The position numbers were made by a program, and so were the translations under genes. From Candidatus Xenobia bacterium (GTDB lineage Bacteria > Vulcanimicrobiota > Xenobia > Xenobiales > QWHO01): a stretch of 10,245 bases of DNA. The stretch lies in assembly GCA_045863235.1 (NCBI GenBank), contig BTUM01000147.1:1-10245 (forward strand), written 5' to 3'. This document shows, piece after piece, positions 1 through 4,929 of the stretch (positions are counted from its first letter, which is position 1; every line of letters begins with the position of its first letter). The notes under the pieces are model-generated. The model made no database searches. It was not told the origin of the DNA and saw nothing but the letters and a program-made list of their open reading frames with translations.

Positions 1-656
1 CGTGCTGGTGCCGCTGGCCGTCTCGGTGGTCTTGCTGGTCATGTTCCCGGCCTCGTCAAAGGCGAACACCTGCAGCATCGAGGTGCTGGTCCCGCTGTGG
101 GTGAGCTGCACTTTGGTGAAGTCCGGAGTCAGCGTCCCGCTTGAGCCCGCCGTCAGAAAGGCCTTGTAGCGGGCATATCGACCGGTTCTTGCGGAGCTTC
201 CAGAATCCAAAATGCTCTCCCACCTGGCGTTGTGAACAAATTCGATGCGCTTCCCAGCGGACCCTGGTAAGTCCAGGGACCATCCGGAGAGCTGCTCAGC
301 GCCACCTGGAACTCCACGTCGGCGCCGCCACCTGGCAGCGTCTCAGTCCAGGAGATGTTGTTCCACCGAGCGACCGGCGTCGTAGACTACCGACTCGTAA
401 GTGCCCGAGCTGCCGTAGTCGGGTCGGACGCTCCCGAGACGCGCTTGAAGTCCTGGAATCGCACCGAGCCGAGGTTGCCGTAGCAGCGAAGTCGGAGGTC
501 CCCAAGCCGGTGTCCTGAGTCGTAGTAGAGCGTGAGCGTGCTGCCCGCGCGCTGGAGATTGAAGCGACCCTGTTCGTCGGCCGAGCCTCCGGTCGCGTTC
601 AGCGAGGGGGGGCTGGTGTTCCAGATTCGAGCCCGCGCCCGTGTGGTGGCGACAGA
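1..656 (-). pseudogene. Frameshifted, apparently 5'-truncated fragment of a large RHS/YD-repeat protein (beta-rich surface-type domains followed by the first YD repeat); continues beyond the left edge
   Basis: Manual minus-strand translation gives a coherent protein only by switching frame three times: ...WNTSPPSLNATGGSADEQGRFNLQRAGSTLTLYYDSG...GSVRFQDFKRVSGASD / DYGSSGTYESVVYDA / VARWNNISWTETLPGGGADVEFQVALSSSPDGPWTYQGPLGSASNLFTTPG / ESILDSGSSARTGRYARYKAFLTAGSSGTLTPDFTKVQLTHSGTSTSMLQVFAFDEAGNMTSKTTETASGTST. Frame switches fall at about 421-423, 365-376 and 219-221. FAFDEAGNMTSKT matches the YD-repeat pattern Y-x-Y-D-x-x-G-N-L-T-x-K-T. The first segment is bounded upstream by an in-frame TGA (657-659) with no convincing start. 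Confidence 0.7.
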
Positions 657-775
657 TCAAGGCCCTCTTGCCCCGACGGCTCAATCGTTCTGGCAGGATG
701 GACCTGGTTCATCCTCCGGTCACAACCGGGCCGCCCATTCAACCCTGGATCAACGCTCCTCGGGCGGCCAGGCGC

Positions 776-787
776 CATGCTGTGGGC
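776..787 (+). promoter_or_regulatory. Possible -10 element (CATGCT) for a leaderless transcript starting at ATG 788
   Basis: CATGCT (776-781), then 6 nt, then ATG, with no Shine-Dalgarno. The geometry matches the TATACT-N6-ATG in front of the clostripain gene. It has two mismatches to TATAAT besides the first base, so it is a weak match. Confidence 0.35.
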
Positions 788-2512
788 ATGATCGCCTCAC
801 TCGGAGCCACCCCCCTCTGGCGGCAGCCCGCTCGCTCGTCCCCGCCGGGCGAGCCCTCCACAGCCCCCCACGACACCGTCACCACCACGTCGGTGGAGCC
901 CTGGGAGAGCCTGCGCTCCTCGGGCGCACTGCGCTCGGGAGCGTCGGTGGCGGCGGCGGCCTCGGTCACCACCGGTCCCGTGGGTCCGGTGGTGACCGAA
1001 GAGGTGCATCGCCAGCTGCTGGCGGCGGTGGACCGCATCGAGCGCGGCGGAGCTACCTTCGAGCGGCGCCAGGAGCGCTTTCTCTCTTTTCTCGAGCCGC
1101 GCTACCTGCCGCTGACCGAGGGTGCGCCCGTCTGTGAGCCGGACGGAACGGTGAGCGACCTGATGGTCACCGAGCCCGGCAACTCCAGGCGCATGGTGAC
1201 CGACCTGCGCGACCTGCAGTTGCTCGACTGCCAGTACGGGGCCGGGCCCGAAGCCCTCAGCCCGCAAGAGCAACCCATGCTCCTGGCCGCGACCAGGCTG
1301 CACGAGTTGTCCACGCGCCACTGGCAGTCGCCATGTCGTCAGCTCGATCGCTTGCAACGAGCGCAGCCGGTGGTGCTCGACCTTCCGGGAGGGGCCGTCC
1401 GGGTGGAGAACCTGGACGAGCTGGCCCTCATGGACTACCTGCGCGGATCGGGCCAGGGAGTTGAGAACCTGCGCCAACCCGAGCAGGCTCGACGGCTCAA
1501 GAGCGCCCGCGAAGCGGGGCTCGAGCTCACCCTGGACGGGCGCGATGCCGATCCACCAGAGCTCTACCGCAAACCCCAGGAAACCCTGTGCGCCGCCCGA
1601 GGCGAGGGCCTGGCGGTGCCAATCGAGGCGGAGGAGTTGGACGACCTGCCCAGGCTGGCGACCCGGCTCGAGCGCTACGAGCAGGTCTTCGAGGAGCGCA
1701 TCCTGCCCGCCCACGCTCGCTTCGGCAGGGATCATCGACCTCGGGTCTACCCCAGGCTCCTGGTGGAGAAGGGAGCCGGATTCTCGCTCGAGGTCACGGC
1801 GATGGTGCTGGCCGAGCTGCTCTCGCGGGGGCCCGAGAGGGCCTGGGAAGCCGAGCCGGAAGCCGAGAAGCTGGCTGAGGGGCTGCTCGCAACGGCCAGC
1901 GACGATCTCGACCTGGCCCTGAAGACACTCCGGATCTCGCGGGTCTACTCACACCAGGGATTGTCCCAAGCCCAGCAGCACCTGGCCGAGCTGGCCGGGC
2001 TGCCGCAGCGAGCCGACCTGCTGGACGCCTTCCGACGCGTTGTCGCGGGAACCCGCGGTCTGGAAGCGGCCGTGGAAGGGCTCGAGCTGGCGCGCATCCC
2101 GGTCGCTCAGGAGTCCATGAACGATCGCCTGGCGCTGTTCGAGCAACTGTCCCGCTGCCTGCCCCCGGAGCAAAGAGACGAGACCACGCCGCTCTATCGC
2201 ATGATCCTGGCCCAGCGTCACCCCTCCGACAGCCTGCAGGCGACCGGGAAGCGGTTCCTCGAGCTGCGCAGCCTGACTGGAGACGAGGAGGCACGCGAAG
2301 CCTTTCGGCGCATCCAGGAGCAGGCGCACGACCCGGCGGAGGCCGACCGGATGGTTTTCGAGCTGGCCCAGGCCCTGCTGATGGAGCAGGACCGCAAGGA
2401 GGCTCTGGCCAGGATTCTAGGCCAGACCGACCTGCCGCAGAGCCAGGTCGAGACGCGAGCCGACTCGGTGCTGGTGGGTGGGGTGCGGGTGAGGCGGAAG
2501 CTGGCCCGGTAG
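788..2512 (+). CDS. Hypothetical protein (~574 aa): Pro/Ser/Thr-rich N-terminal leader, two internal ~25-aa repeats, alpha-helical C-terminal half and terminal VLVGGVRVRRK motif
   Basis: Long ORF (track 641..2512) with strong G/C third-position bias. I moved the start to ATG 788 because its N-terminus aligns ungapped with the clostripain N-terminus and the region upstream overlaps the RHS fragment. ATG 698 is an alternative start. No family recognised. Confidence 0.8.
   Translation: MIASLGATPLWRQPARSSPPGEPSTAPHDTVTTTSVEPWESLRSSGALRSGASVAAAASVTTGPVGPVVTEEVHRQLLAAVDRIERGGATFERRQERFLSFLEPRYLPLTEGAPVCEPDGTVSDLMVTEPGNSRRMVTDLRDLQLLDCQYGAGPEALSPQEQPMLLAATRLHELSTRHWQSPCRQLDRLQRAQPVVLDLPGGAVRVENLDELALMDYLRGSGQGVENLRQPEQARRLKSAREAGLELTLDGRDADPPELYRKPQETLCAARGEGLAVPIEAEELDDLPRLATRLERYEQVFEERILPAHARFGRDHRPRVYPRLLVEKGAGFSLEVTAMVLAELLSRGPERAWEAEPEAEKLAEGLLATASDDLDLALKTLRISRVYSHQGLSQAQQHLAELAGLPQRADLLDAFRRVVAGTRGLEAAVEGLELARIPVAQESMNDRLALFEQLSRCLPPEQRDETTPLYRMILAQRHPSDSLQATGKRFLELRSLTGDEEAREAFRRIQEQAHDPAEADRMVFELAQALLMEQDRKEALARILGQTDLPQSQVETRADSVLVGGVRVRRKLAR
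962..999. repeat. Perfect 14-bp inverted repeat inside the CDS
   Basis: TCGGTCACCACCGG (962-975), 10-nt spacer, CCGGTGGTGACCGA (986-999). Confidence 0.85.
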
Positions 2513-2725
2513 CGCAAGAACTCCGGCTCTGCCTGGATTCTTCCCGGTATCGCCCTCATTCCGGCGTATACGCCCAAGCCAGCCCGGTACCGGAAAATTT
2601 CCGCGGGGGCTGTGGGGCCAGACCTCCAGGAGCTCAGCCGGACAGCCAACAGTCCTGCCTCTTGTGGTGGCGGAGGCGGGGTAGCTCCTCCGACCCCACA
2701 GCGGGGTTTTTACGGTCCGGACTTC

Positions 2726-2756
2726 TAAAGTGCAAGGCCTTTGGCCTTGCACTTTA
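2726..2756. terminator. Perfect 14-bp hairpin: possible bidirectional terminator, operator or side arm of the ncRNA
   Basis: TAAAGTGCAAGGCC-ttt-GGCCTTGCACTTTA between convergent genes. Only short T runs flank the GC core on either strand. Confidence 0.45.
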
Positions 2757-2757
2757 C

Positions 2758-2785
2758 AACGCGCCGGAACAGGTTTCGGCGCGTT
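2758..2785 (+). terminator. GC-rich hairpin immediately adjacent to the previous one; possible terminator
   Basis: AACGCGCCGGAAC-ag-GTTTCGGCGCGTT, with one G-U pair on the plus strand and only a weak U tract. Confidence 0.35.
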
Positions 2786-2878
2786 CGTCAGATTGTGCTA
2801 GCCCGAAACCGCGAGGGCCTCACTGGTGTCGCCTGAGCGACCAGAACGGCTAATGAGCAAAACCAAAGTGCGCGCACA

Positions 2879-4111
2879 TTAGCCGAAACAGCCCGACTTG
2901 GCGGGTGGGCCGCCGCTCGAGATGCGGCTCACGGCCTGAGCCCAGCGGGTGTCCTGGGCGAATTTCGTCTCGCTGTAGCTGTCGTTACGCTCCTCGGACA
3001 GGCTGAACGTGGGAGAGAGCTCCACGGTCAGGCCGTGGGCGCCGCTGAACCTGCTCGCGTGCTGCTCGAAGATCACCGCCTCGCGGGTCTTGCTCACCAC
3101 CTGGCCGGCCGCGTCCTTGAGGGCCTGGTCGCTGATGTCGCGACTCTTGTTGACCCGCTCGGCAAAATCATAGAGGTCCTTGTAATCGGTGAAGCCCTGC
3201 GTGCTGTTCGCGATCGACTTCAGAGTGGACATCGGGGTCTGGGTGGTCAGGATGGCGGCTGCCAGGCCATCCACGGCCTGAGTCAGGGCGGGCACCCGGG
3301 AAAGCTCAGTCGCGGACATGGTGGGCAGATCGCCGGTGTTGCCCTGGGCGGTGCGCACCACGTGCTGGCAGACCTCCCGAGGGGTCAGGTTGAGCCGCAG
3401 GGCCAGCTGACCCTGCAGGTTGGCGAGCATGTCAGGGTTCAAGATCTTGTGATAAGGCCAGCCGGCACCGCCCTCGACCTCTTCGGAGGCGACCAGGAAG
3501 TCAGCCTCGTCGCGGAGCTGGTGGGCCACCTCGACGGAGGCCATCAAGCAGGCGTCGAAACCCACCACGTCGATCTTGCGTCCAGTGGCCTGGCGGGCTT
3601 CCTTCATTCCCGCCTCGATGTCGGGCAGGCTCATCCAGCCGTTGTGGGAGTAGTCCTGGGCGGCGCCTTTCCAGCCGTTGCCGTGGTCGGAAATGATCAG
3701 CATGTAATTCTCGGCCGGGTAGCGCTCCATGCCCCACTGGATGAAGTTGGCCAGTTGCTTGGGGTCGGACATGTTGGTGGAGCCCAGCTCCTCAACCGGC
3801 GGGCTGTTGATCCCCTTCTGGTTGTTCTGGGTGATCAGGTAGCGCTTGGCGCCGTCCGACCGGCCGTGGTCGAACTGGGCCACCACGTTCGTCTGGGCGT
3901 CCGAGCCAACCCGCTCGGCCTCGTCGAGGTCGCTGAGCATGAAGCTCTTGAGGTCGTTGTCGGAGGCCGAGTAGACCAGGATGGTCCACTTCTTGGGCGC
4001 CGCTGGAGCCTGCTGGCCGATGGTTACGCGGTCGCCGCTATCCTCGGGCGGGGGTGCGCTCGAGCGGGCTGGCAGAGTGGACACTCGGGTGGGCGATATG
4101 GCAGTCAACAT
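2879..4111 (-). CDS. Clostripain-family (MEROPS C11) cysteine peptidase, ~410 aa
   Basis: Family motifs KKWTILVYSASDNDL, TNMSDPKQLANFIQWGMERYPAENYMLIISDHGNGW (catalytic His-Gly), IDVVGFDACLMASVEVAHQL (catalytic Cys) and VASEEVEGGAGWPY. I set the start to ATG 4111 (MLTAISPT...), which is preceded by TATACT. No hydrophobic Sec signal is present. Confidence 0.93.
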   Translation of the reverse strand: MLTAISPTRVSTLPARSSAPPPEDSGDRVTIGQQAPAAPKKWTILVYSASDNDLKSFMLSDLDEAERVGSDAQTNVVAQFDHGRSDGAKRYLITQNNQKGINSPPVEELGSTNMSDPKQLANFIQWGMERYPAENYMLIISDHGNGWKGAAQDYSHNGWMSLPDIEAGMKEARQATGRKIDVVGFDACLMASVEVAHQLRDEADFLVASEEVEGGAGWPYHKILNPDMLANLQGQLALRLNLTPREVCQHVVRTAQGNTGDLPTMSATELSRVPALTQAVDGLAAAILTTQTPMSTLKSIANSTQGFTDYKDLYDFAERVNKSRDISDQALKDAAGQVVSKTREAVIFEQHASRFSGAHGLTVELSPTFSLSEERNDSYSETKFAQDTRWAQAVSRISSGGPPAKSGCFG

Positions 4112-4123
4112 GGCGGCAGTATA
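4112..4123 (-). promoter_or_regulatory. -10 element TATACT 6 nt upstream of the ATG: likely leaderless promoter of the clostripain gene
   Basis: The minus strand reads TATACT-gccgcc-ATG (4123-4118, ATG at 4111), with no Shine-Dalgarno. Confidence 0.6.
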
Positions 4124-4189
4124 ACGGGGAACCCGGACCACCCGTTTGCCAGGTTGTAAACATGATTTCAGCAACCGTTAAGCCCTGGT

Positions 4190-4205
4190 TGCTAAAATGG
4201 AGGCG
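4190..4205 (+). promoter_or_regulatory. Extended -10 element (TGcTAAAAT) 7 nt upstream of ATG 4206: likely leaderless promoter
   Basis: TG-C-TAAAAT at 4190-4198, then ggaggcg-ATG. The GGAGG is only 2 nt from the ATG, which is too close for a normal RBS. Confidence 0.55.
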
Positions 4206-4883
4206 ATGTCGCCCATCGCTCTCTATCAGCGTTATGTCAGCCGCGAGTTCAATCAGGCTCGGGGGCGTTGCTGCCATTACACTCCCACCTGCAGCCAGTA
4301 CGCTCGCGACGCGATCGAGGCCCACGGGCTGCGCGAGGGTGGCGAGATGGCGTTCATGCGGTTCATGCGCTGCCGGCCGGACGTCAAAGCGAGCGGGCCG
4401 GACGAGGTTCCCGGGGCTCACCACGAGCACCGCGGCGTACGCGTCCCCATGTTCTACCCGCGCAAGGACTCCCCGCGCGCAGTCAGACTCGCGGCCGGGG
4501 CCGCCCAGGTGGCCGGGAAGCTCCTGGGCGCGCTGGGCGCGGGCCTGGCGGGGACGATCGGAGGGGCCTGCCTGGGGGGTTACCTGGGGGCCAAAGCGGG
4601 CCAGGGTCCCGACGCGATGGACGACTTCCACGCTCGCGTGGCCGGCAAGCACGGCCAGGACTCGCTCACGGGACTGAAACAGATCGAGCTCGTGACCTGC
4701 GGCCTGGGCACCATGACACACCGACTGGGCTGGCTCGGGGTGGCCGCAGGGGCCATCGGTGGCGCCGTCACGGGGGCCCTGGGCGGCGCGCTGGTCGCCG
4801 GCAAACTGGGCTGGGAGATGGGCGGCTACCTGGGGCGCAATCTGACGCTCGACCTGCTGGAAGGGTCTCGCTCGGGCAGCTGA
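4206..4883 (+). CDS. yidD: Membrane protein insertion efficiency factor YidD-like (haemolytic) domain fused to a C-terminal double glycine-zipper membrane region, ~225 aa
   Basis: IALYQRYVS...CHYTPTCSQYARDAIEAHGLREGGEMAFMRFMRCRP...GPDEVP reproduces the YidD three-Cys signature (C-x-Y/F-x-PTCS-x-Y...RC-x-P...G-x-D-x-VP). Two GxxxG-repeat hydrophobic segments follow. ATG 4197 is an alternative start. This is probably a paralogue, not the housekeeping yidD. Confidence 0.85.
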   Translation: MSPIALYQRYVSREFNQARGRCCHYTPTCSQYARDAIEAHGLREGGEMAFMRFMRCRPDVKASGPDEVPGAHHEHRGVRVPMFYPRKDSPRAVRLAAGAAQVAGKLLGALGAGLAGTIGGACLGGYLGAKAGQGPDAMDDFHARVAGKHGQDSLTGLKQIELVTCGLGTMTHRLGWLGVAAGAIGGAVTGALGGALVAGKLGWEMGGYLGRNLTLDLLEGSRSGS

Positions 4884-4929
4884 CGGGCGGGCGGGGATCC
4901 TAGGCGGTCGGAGCAGGTCGGGTCGGTTC

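Larger units (their letters stand above)
2559..2785. ncRNA. Candidate structured non-coding RNA with 6S-RNA-like architecture; strand unresolved
   Basis: Nested complementary segments: 2559-2567/2761-2769, 2581-2592/2713-2723, a central poorly paired bubble (2593-2608 / 2703-2712), 2609-2622/2689-2702, 2629-2634/2683-2688, and two apical hairpins (2640-2655 and 2656-2678). It lies between two convergent genes. Confidence 0.45.

Noticed and set aside
754..926. 13-nt direct repeat CGCTCCTCGGGCG (754-766, 914-926)
   Set aside because: There are only two copies of a short GC-rich word, which is plausible by chance. It has no CRISPR-like periodicity and no enclosed element.
2629..2688. Kissing-loop three-way junction as SRP Alu domain, purine riboswitch or c-di-AMP/NiCo riboswitch
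   Set aside because: There is no SRP S-domain (CAGG..GGAAG.AGCAG), no purine-riboswitch junction nucleotides and only fragmentary word matches to the others. It is not in a 5' UTR.
2726..2756. CIRCE (HrcA operator)
   Set aside because: Arm order is inverted and the spacing differs from TTAGCACTC-N9-GAGTGCTAA. No chaperone gene is nearby.
2821..2865. Resemblance to a fluoride riboswitch (GGTGTCGCC...GCTAATGA) or hammerhead core (CTAATGA...GAAA)
   Set aside because: It lacks the 5' GGCGAUGG and 3' pseudoknot/CUAC elements, and there is no downstream sense gene. The hammerhead core needs CUGANGA and three correctly placed stems, which I could not build.
2879..2905. C-terminal KSGCFG of the clostripain as a eukaryotic prenylation signal
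   Set aside because: The Cys is third from the end, so it is not a CaaX, CC or CxC motif.
4038..4903. Alternative ORFs 4038..4721 (-), 4054..4677 (+) and 4268..4903 (+)
   Set aside because: They are off-frame or antisense to the YidD-like gene, and their Arg/Pro/Gly-rich composition is typical of non-coding GC-rich frames.
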